From Candidatus Latescibacterota bacterium (GTDB lineage: Bacteria > Latescibacterota > UBA2968 > GCA-2709665), in assembly GCA_965116875.1 (NCBI GenBank), contig OZ220733.1, positions 3,872,001 through 3,936,000 of the forward strand: a stretch of DNA of 64,000 nt. Reading direction: 5' to 3'. The notes under the pieces are model-generated. The model saw nothing but the letters and a program-made list of their open reading frames with translations. It was not told the origin of the DNA and searched no databases. Below are positions 37,579 through 47,574 of the stretch, in pieces. Made by a program: the position numbers and the translations under genes. Within the stretch, counting starts at the first letter, position 1. Each line of letters starts with the position of its first letter.

Positions 37579-38154
37579 ATGTCAGGACTGATTCGATCCG
37601 TACTTGCGATATCCGTCCTCGCCGTCTGGATACCGCAGGCGGAGGCGACAACCGTGGAACGGTTCGCTTTCGATTCGCTCTGCGAACGGGCGGAGACAAT
37701 CGCCCACGTCCGGTGTGTGTCCGCAAACAGCTTTATGGATGACGGACGCGGGGAAATCGTAACGCGGCACCGGTTCAGGGTAATCGCACCGGTCAAGGGC
37801 AATCCGGGCGGCGAGATCGTCCTCACGCTGCCCGGGGGAACCGCCGACGGCCGGAGGCTGTATATCCCCGGCATTCCCGAATTCGGCGTCGATGAAGAGG
37901 TCGTCCTGTTCCTCACGGGTCGGGACCGCCACGGATCTCCGTGGCCGCTGGGGCTCGGACAGGGCTGTTACCGCATCCTCGGAGCGCAGGATGGCCACGC
38001 TCAGGTCAGGCTGCAGCAAGGGTCCACGCCCCTGCCGGCCGGTGCGCTCTTCAAGCCGGCGCTGAACCGGCGCTCGCGGCCCTTCAATGTGCCGCTCCAA
38101 TTGTTTCTTCATCAAATCCGTCTGACGATACCCGAAGCATCCGACGAGCGGTAA
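37579..38154 (+). CDS. Secreted hypothetical protein
   Basis: Signal peptide ending AEA; LPGG...IPG.P.F...EEVVLFL..LGQG pattern. Confidence 0.7.
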   Translation: MSGLIRSVLAISVLAVWIPQAEATTVERFAFDSLCERAETIAHVRCVSANSFMDDGRGEIVTRHRFRVIAPVKGNPGGEIVLTLPGGTADGRRLYIPGIPEFGVDEEVVLFLTGRDRHGSPWPLGLGQGCYRILGAQDGHAQVRLQQGSTPLPAGALFKPALNRRSRPFNVPLQLFLHQIRLTIPEASDER

Positions 38155-38484
38155 GCCCGCCCGCAGGCTACAGCGGGTTCGGGGACCCCGGGACCGCCGG
38201 CTGTCAAGTGCCCGTCCGGGACGGAATCCGGGGGTCGAGTCCATCGCCAGACCCCAGTGTCCCGCTCCGGGAATTCCGGCAACCGGCTCCCGGGACGGAA
38301 CACCGGATCTGTTTTATTTCGCTTGACTTTGTTCCCGCGTTTTTGCATCATACCGGTGCGATTTATGTGCCCACTATTGCGCGTGTAAGGTTATGAATTT
38401 AAGTGACTTTGGCACATTCGGCATGCTTCGGGGGCGGCGTTATGCCCTTTTTTTGTTGGCCTCGGACTGTAAGGGGGGTGTGTA

Positions 38485-39675
38485 ATGTCCAAGCTGCATT
38501 TTGATATACGGGACATCTTTCAGGTGGTCCGGCTCGGCTGGTCCGGAAAAAAGATATGGGTTGGGTTGTGCGGTACGCTGATTGCCTGGGCCGGATATTC
38601 CATCCTGGCCATCGCAGACCACCTTCTGGCCGGGGCCCGGATGGGAGAGATCTGGCACAGGTTCGGGCTCTTTCCCGGACCAGCGCCATTCCCGGCCACG
38701 CTGGCGGGCATGGCGATCGACGTGCTTGCAATGCTCTATGTCTGGCTGGTCATGCTATTAACGACGTGCATGATCTGCAAGATTGCGTACCAGCAATTGA
38801 AAGGAGACGACTTCTATTCTTCGGGCGACGCATTGGGCTTCATCAGAAAGAATTGGGGCGGCGTTGTCTGGGGTCCGGTGGCCACACTGGCGCTGCTGGT
38901 CTTTTTTGTTGTCGCGGGCGTCGTGATCGGATGGCTGGCGGGTCTGATTCCCTGGGTCGGCGAACTGGCATTCGGGGTATTGTTCATTCCAATCTTCTTT
39001 GCCGCGCTGGTTGCCATCTTCGTATCGATCGCATTTATCGTGTCCCTGACGATGTCGCCTGCGGTTGTGGGTACGGTCGGCGAAGACGCGCTCGAGGTGG
39101 CCATCCAGTCTTTCTCATTGGCCTGGAGCCAGCCCTGGCGGCTGGTGTTGTATATGGTCTGGATGAAGATTTCAGTTTCCATCGGTTCGGTCCTTCTGGG
39201 AATCTTCATGGCCTCTTCGCTCGGTCTGGTGAGCTGGACCTGTGGCCTGTTCATGAAGGAGAAGCTGGCCAACATGGTCTATGTGGCGGGAACGTATGTT
39301 CCATTTGACTTTACGCGTTCCGATTGGTTGTCTCTGGACATAACCACGTTTCTGCCGGCTGCCGGCATCCCCTCCGGTTCCGAACTGATGGCCGGCGGAA
39401 TTCTTGCCGTGATGCTGATTCTTCTCACGGTGATTTTCAGTTCATACGTGCTGTCCGCCTATGCCTCCGGTCTCAGCCTGATTTACGTGATTCTCCGGAA
39501 GCGCAAGGACGATGAGAACCTGCTCGAATGGGAGGACGACGAGGCGGAGGACGAGGGGCAACCTGAGGAAGCGGAAGCGACGGAAGGCAGCGTCGGCGAG
39601 ACGGATAAGGACACGTCCGCCGAATCGGAGAACGGAGACGGTGAGTCGCCGGACACGGAAACCGAAAAGCAGTGA
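38485..39675 (+). CDS. Multi-pass membrane protein with acidic C-terminal tail, function unknown
   Basis: Several TM segments, an E/D-rich tail and a good RBS. Confidence 0.8.
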   Translation: MSKLHFDIRDIFQVVRLGWSGKKIWVGLCGTLIAWAGYSILAIADHLLAGARMGEIWHRFGLFPGPAPFPATLAGMAIDVLAMLYVWLVMLLTTCMICKIAYQQLKGDDFYSSGDALGFIRKNWGGVVWGPVATLALLVFFVVAGVVIGWLAGLIPWVGELAFGVLFIPIFFAALVAIFVSIAFIVSLTMSPAVVGTVGEDALEVAIQSFSLAWSQPWRLVLYMVWMKISVSIGSVLLGIFMASSLGLVSWTCGLFMKEKLANMVYVAGTYVPFDFTRSDWLSLDITTFLPAAGIPSGSELMAGGILAVMLILLTVIFSSYVLSAYASGLSLIYVILRKRKDDENLLEWEDDEAEDEGQPEEAEATEGSVGETDKDTSAESENGDGESPDTETEKQ

Positions 39676-40690
39676 CACCGGGCATTCGGGAAACGTACTC
39701 GCGGACGTTGCGGCCGATGCGCGGCTCGACGAGGGTCCCGAAGGGGTCCGTCGCGTGTTGCGGGCGATTTATCGTGCGGGCACGATGCCCGTACGGGACC
39801 TGTCGCGGGAGACGGGTCTGCCGGTTCCGGTTGTGGCGGCGGTCCGGGGCGAGTTGGAAAAGAGGGGCTGGCTGGAGCGGCGAGGGGGTGTGGTCCTGTC
39901 TTCGTCCGGCCGGGATGCGGTGGAAGAACAACTGGGTCTGAGCTGCCGCCGCCGGTTTCAAAGACCGGTTTTTCCCGTTCTGGACGACGAGATGCGTTCG
40001 TTACGCGCCCGGATGGAAGCATTGGGGGAGCGGAGACCGGCCGTCGACGTGCGGTTGGATCAGTCTCATGCAACGGCGGAAACCGCGTTGCGGCGCGCCG
40101 TGTATCTGTACGAACACGACGGGCTGGAAGGGCGGGACGTCCTGATACTGGGAGACGACGACCTTACCTCTCTGGCCATTGGCCTGCTGGCGGACTTTTT
40201 CGGGATTTCAGTGCGCAGGGTGGTGGTGCTGGAATGCGACCCGCGTCTTGTGGCCTTTCTGAACGCCGCGTCACGCGAGACACGACAGGCGGTCGAGGCC
40301 GTCGAGCACGACTTGCGGGCGGAACTGCCAGCCGACCTCCTCGCGGGTTTCGACCTGTTCTTTACCGATCCGCCATACACGCTTCCCGGCTTGTCATTGT
40401 TCGTTTCACGCGGCGCCGCCGGGCTTCGGCCGGAGGTGGGCAAGCAGGGCATTGTCTGTTTCGGCAGCCGCAGGCCCGACGAGACGGCTACCGCCGTGGG
40501 AACGATCACGGAGACCGGGCTGGCGCCGGTCGAGGTCATTCCGGATTTCAATCGGTACGTCGGCGCACAGATGCTTGCCGGTGTCAGTCACCTCATTCGA
40601 ACGGTTGCGACTGCACGGTTGACACCCCGTGTCAATGGCTTCTACGAGGGTTCGCTCTACACGGCCGACAGGTCACGGAAGAAGGGATGA
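39641..40690 (+). CDS. Branched-chain polyamine synthase (BpsA/DUF43)-like aminopropyltransferase with N-terminal HTH
   Basis: LDQSHAT.ETALRR, LGDDDLTSLA (GDDD motif), TDPPYT. GTG start inferred at 39641 after GGAG. Confidence 0.8.
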   Translation: MSRRTRKPKSSDTGHSGNVLADVAADARLDEGPEGVRRVLRAIYRAGTMPVRDLSRETGLPVPVVAAVRGELEKRGWLERRGGVVLSSSGRDAVEEQLGLSCRRRFQRPVFPVLDDEMRSLRARMEALGERRPAVDVRLDQSHATAETALRRAVYLYEHDGLEGRDVLILGDDDLTSLAIGLLADFFGISVRRVVVLECDPRLVAFLNAASRETRQAVEAVEHDLRAELPADLLAGFDLFFTDPPYTLPGLSLFVSRGAAGLRPEVGKQGIVCFGSRRPDETATAVGTITETGLAPVEVIPDFNRYVGAQMLAGVSHLIRTVATARLTPRVNGFYEGSLYTADRSRKKG

Positions 40691-41595
40691 ATCTGCCGTT
40701 CGAAGCGGAACCCATTCACCCCCGTCATACGCGCCGGCTGCAGGGAGTATTCGAGTCGGCCCGGAAGAGCGCGTGGTGCTATTACGCTCCCTTTCTCTGT
40801 TGTTTCAGCCTGGCCCCGGCGCGGGAAGTGTTTCTTGCCGAACACGATGGCGCTCTCTGGCTTCCCGTGCGTCGCGTTGACAGAAGCGGCCGCGCCTGGT
40901 TCGATCTGGTCGTACCTCCGATGCCACTGTCGGCCGAACCGCTCGCCGACGTTCTGAACCGGTTTCGTGATATCAATGGAGGCCGGTACCCGCGTATCCT
41001 GTGGGTGGACGAGGCCGACAGGCGGTGTCTGCCGCCGGACGGGCTGGAAGTTCGGATCAGGTCGCGAGAGTACCTGTACGATCCGTCGAAGGTCGCGGCG
41101 GCCACGGGCCGGCCGTACCGGGATCTGAGAAAGAAACTGCGTCGCTTCCGAAGAGGGGCGGACCCGCTTTTCCGGAAACTGACGCCCGCCGATATCACGG
41201 CCTGCCGGGCGCTGTTGCGGCACTGGCGGAAGCGGCAGGGGCGCAAGAGAGATTTCCTCCTCGATTGGGGATATACCCGGTCGGCGCTGTCGATGTACGG
41301 ACATTGGACGTCCGAGGAACTCCAGGGCTGGTGCGTGGAGCTCGAGGGCCGGGTCGCGGCCTTCGCGATTGCCGGCCGGATGCACGCCCGGCTGGCCAAT
41401 TTCTTTATCGCCAAAACGGACCCCGATGTGCGGGGACTGTCGGAATACCTGCGAATGGAGGTCTACCGGGCGCTGGCGGATTTCGACCTCGTCAACGACG
41501 CGGGTGACCTGGGGCTGCAGGGATTGCGGCAACATAAGCGGAAATTCCGGCCTGTCGAGTTGATTCCGGTTTACAGCGCGTCGTTTTCGGATTGA
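40687..41595 (+). CDS. DUF2156 / aminoacyl-phosphatidylglycerol-synthase C-terminal (GNAT-like) domain protein
   Basis: EYLYD......GRPY..LRKK..RF and NDAGDLGLQGLRQHKRKFRP; ATGA overlap with the upstream gene. Confidence 0.75.
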   Translation: MNLPFEAEPIHPRHTRRLQGVFESARKSAWCYYAPFLCCFSLAPAREVFLAEHDGALWLPVRRVDRSGRAWFDLVVPPMPLSAEPLADVLNRFRDINGGRYPRILWVDEADRRCLPPDGLEVRIRSREYLYDPSKVAAATGRPYRDLRKKLRRFRRGADPLFRKLTPADITACRALLRHWRKRQGRKRDFLLDWGYTRSALSMYGHWTSEELQGWCVELEGRVAAFAIAGRMHARLANFFIAKTDPDVRGLSEYLRMEVYRALADFDLVNDAGDLGLQGLRQHKRKFRPVELIPVYSASFSD

Positions 41596-41703
41596 TGACG
41601 CGTTTCCCCGACTTGCCGTGGGGTCTGACCCAACGGCCGAGTTGAGTAACGTCAGGGTTGGCTGTTCCGAGTTGAAGATGACGTAACAGGGAGGCGGTTC
41701 CCG

Positions 41704-42330
41704 GTGGCTGCAAAAGCGACGAATATCGTGTGGCATGAAGGACACGTGAGTCGAGCGGAGCGGGAGAGTCTGTTGGCTCAGGCCGGGTGCCTGGTGTGGC
41801 TGACCGGTCTTCCGTCATCCGGGAAGAGTACCATTGCGTTTACCGCAGAGCACGCGCTGGTCGCGCGGGGCCGGATGGCCTATGTTCTGGACGGGGACAA
41901 TATCAGGCATGGTCTGAACAGAAATCTGGGTTTCTCGGCTGCTGACAGGGCGGAAAATATCCGCCGTATCGGCGAGGTGGGGAAGCTGTTCGTGGATGCG
42001 GGGATCCTTGCCATAAGCAGCTTCGTGAGTCCGTACAGGATCGACAGGGACGGCGTTCGCGGGATGCTGGATCCAGGGGAATTCCTGGAGGTTTTCATCG
42101 ACACACCCCTGGAGGTCTGCGAAGAAAGGGACCCCAAGGGACTCTACAAGAAAGCGCGTGCCGGAGAGATACCCGGCTTTACGGGTATCTCGGATCCTTA
42201 CGAGCCGCCGGAGAATCCGGAACTGGTCATCAGGGCGGCCGAATGTACGCCCGAGGACGCGGCGCAACGAATCCTCGAGTTGCTCGAGTCTCGTGGAAAG
42301 ATCCCGGCGCGGGAAGGAAACGAACCATGA
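41704..42330 (+). CDS. cysC: Adenylyl-sulfate kinase
   Basis: WLTGLPSSGKSTIA, LDGDNIRHGL, RDPKGLYKKA, FTGISDPYEPP. Confidence 0.96.
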   Translation: MAAKATNIVWHEGHVSRAERESLLAQAGCLVWLTGLPSSGKSTIAFTAEHALVARGRMAYVLDGDNIRHGLNRNLGFSAADRAENIRRIGEVGKLFVDAGILAISSFVSPYRIDRDGVRGMLDPGEFLEVFIDTPLEVCEERDPKGLYKKARAGEIPGFTGISDPYEPPENPELVIRAAECTPEDAAQRILELLESRGKIPAREGNEP

Positions 42331-43703
42331 TGCCGCTGGACGGGCGGCGGGTACTCGTGATGGGGCTGGGACTGTTTGGCGGGGGCGCGGGTGCGGTTCG
42401 GTTTCTGTGCAGAGAGGGCGCGCGGGTGACCGTTACCGACCTGCGGCCCGCAGAGGCGCTTCAGGAGTCGCTCCGGACGCTTGAGTCGCTGCCGGTCGTC
42501 TACAGGCTGGGCGGACACGAGGAGGCGGATTTTCGGGCTGCGGACCTGATCGTGGCGAACCCGGGGGTCCCCCGGTCTTCCCCGTTCCTGAATGACGCCG
42601 GGAAAAGGGGAATCCCCGTGACAACGGAGATATGCCTGTTCGCGGAGCGTTGCGAGGCGCCGGTGGTGGGAATTACGGGCAGCAGCGGAAAGACGACGAC
42701 CACGTCGCTGGCCGGAGAGATGATGCGACGCAGGAACCCGCGGACGATGGTGGGCGGAAATATCGGTGGATCTCTACTGGATGCACTGGATGACATAACG
42801 GCAGACACTCACGTCGTCCTCGAACTCTCAAGCTTTCAACTGGATCGACTGGCCGATCTGAAGTGGAGCCCGCAGACCGCGGTAATTACGAATTTCGCCC
42901 CCAATCATCTGGACAACCATGGCTCGCTGGAGGCATACAAAAGGGCGAAACGACAGATCGTCGCGCATCAGGATGTACGGGACGTCGCGGTGTTGAATGG
43001 AGACGACCCTGAAGTGCGTCGGTGGTCCGGCGCCGGGCGCCGCATCGTATTCAGCGCGCAGCCGGCACCGGGGTCCCACGTCTTCCTGGACGACGGAGTC
43101 ATACGACACCGGATCGGCCGTTCCGAAAAAACCGTCTGTCCGTCGGGCGCGGTGGCGCTTCCGGGAAGGCATAACCTGTCAAACGCGCTGGCCGCCTGCG
43201 CAGCGGCGCTTTCCAACGGCGTGACCGAAGCGGATATTGCGGCCGTACTGCGTACATTCAAGGGCGTTCCCCATCGGTTGGAACGGGTTGCCGAAATCCG
43301 GGACGTAACGTACTATAACGATTCCATTGCGACCAGTCCGGACCGGACGCAGGTGGCGCTTTCGGCCCTTCCGCCAGGTGTGGTGTTAATCGCGGGAGGA
43401 TACGACAAGGGTCTGGCGTTTGACGGGCTTGGACGTCAGATCGGGCGACGGGTGTCGCATCTCATCCTGACGGGCAAGACGGCGGACGCGATCGCGGCAT
43501 CGGTACCGGCCGGATCCCCGATACGCATCCTGAGGGCGAATTCACTGGACGATGCGGTGTCCGCGGCGGCGAGATTTGCAGCGCCGGGCGGCACGGTGCT
43601 TTTTTCTCCGGCCTCGGCCAGCTACGATCGCTTTCGCAATTTTACCGAACGCGGAGAGCGGTTCAGGCAACTGGTTCTGAATATGAGGACGTGTGATGGC
43701 TGA
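42327..43703 (+). CDS. murD: UDP-N-acetylmuramoyl-L-alanine--D-glutamate ligase
   Basis: GITGSSGKTTT, GGNIG, ELSSFQL, HRLE, NDSIAT, SPASASYD.F.NF..RG. Confidence 0.94.
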   Translation: MMPLDGRRVLVMGLGLFGGGAGAVRFLCREGARVTVTDLRPAEALQESLRTLESLPVVYRLGGHEEADFRAADLIVANPGVPRSSPFLNDAGKRGIPVTTEICLFAERCEAPVVGITGSSGKTTTTSLAGEMMRRRNPRTMVGGNIGGSLLDALDDITADTHVVLELSSFQLDRLADLKWSPQTAVITNFAPNHLDNHGSLEAYKRAKRQIVAHQDVRDVAVLNGDDPEVRRWSGAGRRIVFSAQPAPGSHVFLDDGVIRHRIGRSEKTVCPSGAVALPGRHNLSNALAACAAALSNGVTEADIAAVLRTFKGVPHRLERVAEIRDVTYYNDSIATSPDRTQVALSALPPGVVLIAGGYDKGLAFDGLGRQIGRRVSHLILTGKTADAIAASVPAGSPIRILRANSLDDAVSAAARFAAPGGTVLFSPASASYDRFRNFTERGERFRQLVLNMRTCDG

Positions 43704-44535
43704 AAAAATCGACTTGCGGGCGATCGCTCCCACCATTTCCCGCGTACTCGACGTACCCGTACCCAGAGGCGCCGAGGCGGCGCCGATCGATGACGTCGTC
43801 GATACCCTGTATGCCGCCGACCGGCTTGCGCTGGTGGTGGTTGACGGATTCGGCTCGTCGCTTTGGGCGCATGTTCGCGGCGCCGTGCCGGTTTTCAACC
43901 GAATCGCGGCGCTTCGGCATCGTGAGATCCGGTCCGTGCTGCCCTCAATGACCTACATATGCATTTCCACGATGTTGACCGGCGTATCGCCGTCCTCGCA
44001 CGGCGTAACGGATCTGAAGACGATGATCCGTGCAACCCGGTCCCCCCTCATGGATTCCGTCTTCAATCGGGTTCGGGATGCCGGCGGGCAGACGTTGATG
44101 GCCGTCCACAAGAGGGACGTGGCGGGGTTGGACGTCGAGCGGTTCGCCGACCGGACGGTACTGGCAAGGGAACGAAATGACCTTGAGATCTACGCCCGGG
44201 TCCCCGGTCTGATCCGCAGTCATTCACCGGCGTTCGCGTTTGTTCATCTGCTGGACGTCGACGAAGCGGGTCACCGGTACGGTCCTTATGCGCCGGAAGT
44301 CCGGCGGGCCGCCTCCGAGATGGACCGGAGTCTGAACGGGCTGCTGGCCTGTCTCGCGTCTTCCGGATACGCGGTGGTCATCGTAGCGGACCATGGCATG
44401 CATGAGTCTCAGGAGGGCTCCGCAGACGAGGGCGGGAATCGCGGTACCCACGATGGCTCGGTTGAGGAGGACCTGGCTGTTCCCCTGCTGTGGGCCACCG
44501 CGGAAGAACTCGGTGAAATCACGCAAGGAACATGA
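43696..44535 (+). CDS. Alkaline phosphatase superfamily (nucleotide pyrophosphatase/phosphodiesterase-like) protein
   Basis: VVDGFG, PSMT, LTGVSP..HG, DEAGH.YGP, ADHG, THDG. Confidence 0.82.
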   Translation: MAEKIDLRAIAPTISRVLDVPVPRGAEAAPIDDVVDTLYAADRLALVVVDGFGSSLWAHVRGAVPVFNRIAALRHREIRSVLPSMTYICISTMLTGVSPSSHGVTDLKTMIRATRSPLMDSVFNRVRDAGGQTLMAVHKRDVAGLDVERFADRTVLARERNDLEIYARVPGLIRSHSPAFAFVHLLDVDEAGHRYGPYAPEVRRAASEMDRSLNGLLACLASSGYAVVIVADHGMHESQEGSADEGGNRGTHDGSVEEDLAVPLLWATAEELGEITQGT

Positions 44536-44572
44536 AAAAAAGCCGGACGTTTCTGTCGTCCGGCCTTCTTTT
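44534..44572. terminator. Bidirectional terminator
   Basis: AAAAAAAGCCGGACG-TTTCTGT-CGTCCGGCCTTCTTTT between convergent genes. Confidence 0.75.
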
Positions 44573-44589
44573 CGCTGGGAGATCCCTGT

Positions 44590-45462
44590 TCATGCGCCGT
44601 CTGAATAGGGCATGAGTTTTCGGCCCCGAGTGGGGTGGCGGAGCTTTCTGAGCGCCTTTTCCTTGATCTGCCTCACGCGTTCTCGGGTGAGCCTGAACCG
44701 GACGCCGATTTCCTCAAGGGTCATCTCTGCGTCGCCGCCCAGGCCGAAATAGAGGCGAATGACCTCACGTTCCCTTTCTTCCAGCGTGTCCAGCGCCGCC
44801 AGGATCTCATCTTCCAGTGAATTCTGCAAGAGCAAATGGTCGGGCGATTCCTGGTTTTCGTCCGTCATGACTTCCAGCAGGCTGTTTTCTTCGTCTTCGC
44901 CGAAGGTCATGTCCAGCGAGAGGATGCGCTGTCCGCTCGCAAGGGTATCGACCACCTGCTCAACCGTGATTCCGAGCTCCTCGGCGATCTCTTCCTCGGG
45001 GGGTCGGCCGGACGTTTCCTGTTGCCGGTTGTTGACGTAGCGGGATATGCGGCGCAGAAGGTCCACCCGGTTGAGCGGAAGGCGAACGACCCTGGAGTGT
45101 TCGGCCACTGTCTGCAGGATGGACTGGCGAATCCACCAGACCGCGTAGGATATGAACTTGAAACCCCTGGTTTCGTCGAATCTTTCCGCCGCCGTAATGA
45201 GTCCGAGGTTGCCCGCGCTGATCAGATCCGCCAACGGCACCCCCTGGTTCTGGTATTCCCGGGCTACGGTGATGACAAATCGAAGGTTGGCCTCGACAAG
45301 CTTCCTGCGGGCTTCGAGGTCTCCCTTCCTGATGCGACGGGCAAGAAAGACCTCCTCCTGGGACGTCAGCGGCTTTGACGTGGCAACGTCTTCCAGGTAG
45401 CGGTGCAATGAATCCTTCGCCTCATTGCGGTAGATTCCGCTCTTTCCGGCCACGAAGATCAC
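44590..45462 (-). CDS. RNA polymerase sigma-70 factor, RpoD/SigA family (short form lacking region 1.1)
   Basis: LVEANLRFV, DLISAGNLGL, FKFISYAVWWIRQ, TLEEIG..TRERVRQIKEKAL. Confidence 0.94.
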   Translation of the reverse strand: MIFVAGKSGIYRNEAKDSLHRYLEDVATSKPLTSQEEVFLARRIRKGDLEARRKLVEANLRFVITVAREYQNQGVPLADLISAGNLGLITAAERFDETRGFKFISYAVWWIRQSILQTVAEHSRVVRLPLNRVDLLRRISRYVNNRQQETSGRPPEEEIAEELGITVEQVVDTLASGQRILSLDMTFGEDEENSLLEVMTDENQESPDHLLLQNSLEDEILAALDTLEEREREVIRLYFGLGGDAEMTLEEIGVRFRLTRERVRQIKEKALRKLRHPTRGRKLMPYSDGA

Positions 45463-45664
45463 CTCTGGCGGATGGGTTTTCGATGGATGGGATTCTGCAG
45501 CCGGCGGGAGGATGTCTGATCAACAACCAAATTGAATATTCCGTGTTTCCAAAGTGATGTCAAGCGAAATCTCCTGCGCGGACCGCATTGAATCCCGGGT
45601 TGTACCGCGGTGACCGCGGCCGGGCTTTTGGAACGGCTTCACGGAGACGTCTGGAGGCATTTCG

Positions 45665-46723
45665 ATGGATGTGTCAATTGATCGACCCCGTCTCATGAAA
45701 TTGCTGGAAAGACTTCTGACGGCCCACGCCCCGCCGGGAGCGGAGGGCGAAGTGGACGCCATCGTGATGGAGGAGGTGCGCCCTTTCGCGGCTTCGGTGT
45801 GGCAGGATGCGGCCGAGAGTATCGTGGTTCACTTCAGGGGACGGGGCGGCGGCGCGCCCGTTGCCGTCACGGCGCACAAGGACGAGATCTCGCTCATGGT
45901 CAGGCGCGTCCACGACGATGGCCGCCTCCGTGTCCGGCCGCTGGGCGGGCTCCACGCGTGGGCGGTCGGCGAGGGGCCGGTTGACGTGCTGACCGAAAGT
46001 GAGCCGGTCACGGGCATCTTGTCCGTGGGCTCCAAGCATGTTTCCAGCGAGAGTCCCGCAGGTCCATTAAAGTCGGGAAAGGCGGTCGAGTGGGAGAAGT
46101 TCTGGATCGAGACCAAGCGCACCGCTGCCGAATTGCGGGATCTGGGCGTACATCGAGGCAGCAAGGCGGTGCTGGCGCGTTCCCGGAAACCTCCGGTGTT
46201 TATGGGGGACTTCATCTGCGGTTACAATCTGGATTGCAGGGCGGGACTCGCGGTTCTGATCGAGGCGGCCAGACACCTGGAAGAAACGCCGCCGCCGCAT
46301 GACGTGTATCTCATCGCCAGTTCAGAGGAGGAAATAGGCGCGCAGGGCGCCGCGTTTTCGATCGGTCAGTTACCGGCTCAGACGGCGGTCGCGCTGGACA
46401 TCGCACCCGTGGCGGAGGAGTATCAGATTCGGAACTGCGAAAATCCCGTCCTGCTCTGGGGCGACGCGACGGGAGTTTACCACGAGCGGACATTGCGCCA
46501 CCTGGAAGCGCTGGCAACGCGCCTGGGATTCGAAACGCAACCGGCTGTCGTAACCTCCTACGGTAGCGACGCCAGTATTGCCAAACGTACCGGGTCGGCC
46601 GGACGGTCCGCCTGCATCGCGTATCCGGGGGAGAATACCCACGGGTACGAGATCTGTTCTATGGAAGGGATCGTCAATTCGGCCCGGCTGCTGATGGCGT
46701 ACCTGAGAAACCCTCTGGAATGA
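45665..46723 (+). CDS. M42 family metallopeptidase/hydrolase
   Basis: AHKDEI, LDCRAG, SEEEIG, LDI, GSDA, NTHGYE. Confidence 0.88.
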   Translation: MDVSIDRPRLMKLLERLLTAHAPPGAEGEVDAIVMEEVRPFAASVWQDAAESIVVHFRGRGGGAPVAVTAHKDEISLMVRRVHDDGRLRVRPLGGLHAWAVGEGPVDVLTESEPVTGILSVGSKHVSSESPAGPLKSGKAVEWEKFWIETKRTAAELRDLGVHRGSKAVLARSRKPPVFMGDFICGYNLDCRAGLAVLIEAARHLEETPPPHDVYLIASSEEEIGAQGAAFSIGQLPAQTAVALDIAPVAEEYQIRNCENPVLLWGDATGVYHERTLRHLEALATRLGFETQPAVVTSYGSDASIAKRTGSAGRSACIAYPGENTHGYEICSMEGIVNSARLLMAYLRNPLE

Positions 46724-46774
46724 ACGTCTGCACGCTGACGCTTCGCTCCCGGCGGACATCCACGGGTGTTATTT

Positions 46775-47524
46775 ATGCTATTTGAGAATATAAAGGGACA
46801 ATATCAATTCCTGAAAGGAATCGAACCCTATTCGTGCGGCGCCGTCGCTACGCATGGATACGAGGTTGTACACGCGACATTGTCGGAACCGGTTCCATGG
46901 CGCGAGGGGTTCGAAAGGGTGGATGTTCATCTTCGTGAGTCGGGTCGGGAGCGGCACGCGCTCTGCGGGGTGGAACTCCGATGCCCGAAACCGCATCCGA
47001 TGGACGGATTCATCCGGTTCAACGAGGAGTATTGCGAACTTTTGGCATCCTGGGACCTGCACGTGGACGGGATGAATCCGGTAGCGCGAACCAATGTCGC
47101 GCCGTTGTACAATCCGCCCGAAGAGACCACGATGCACGGGTTTTCATACACGACGCCCCGTCATGAGGAAACCGGCCGTACGTTCGTCATCGCGGGCGCG
47201 GGTGAACTGCTTGAAGGAGAACTCGTGCGCGACGGCATCGTCAGGCGGGGAGAGACGGGTACGGACGCGATGCGGGAAAAGGCGGAATACGTGGTGAAGG
47301 TGATGGCGGACCGGCTGGCGGGTGTGGGAGCGGCCTGGAGTGAGGTGACAGCCGTGGACGTGTACACGGCGCACGGTATGGACCGCCTGCTGGACGAGGT
47401 TGTTGGGCCTGGCGTCAAGGCAGCGCAGCGTCATGGCCTCACGTTGTACTTTGCGCGCCCTCCCGTGATCGGGATTGAATTCGAGATGGACATCCGTGGC
47501 GTCAGGCGCGAGATACGCATTTGA
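46775..47524 (+). CDS. CnbZ-like (2-amino-5-chloromuconate deaminase-like) RidA-fold protein
   Basis: PYSCG, ELRCP.P...GF..FN, NPVARTNVAP, FVIAGAGE, RPPV..EFEMD.RGV. Confidence 0.7.
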   Translation: MLFENIKGQYQFLKGIEPYSCGAVATHGYEVVHATLSEPVPWREGFERVDVHLRESGRERHALCGVELRCPKPHPMDGFIRFNEEYCELLASWDLHVDGMNPVARTNVAPLYNPPEETTMHGFSYTTPRHEETGRTFVIAGAGELLEGELVRDGIVRRGETGTDAMREKAEYVVKVMADRLAGVGAAWSEVTAVDVYTAHGMDRLLDEVVGPGVKAAQRHGLTLYFARPPVIGIEFEMDIRGVRREIRI

Positions 47525-47574
47525 GGCCGAATGACGCGGTACGAATCTGCCAGGCCCGCCATTTTAAAGGCATT

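Noticed and set aside
41596-41703. SAM or other riboswitch upstream of cysC
   Set aside because: No recognisable SAM-I core or other aptamer consensus by eye; an Rfam scan would be needed.
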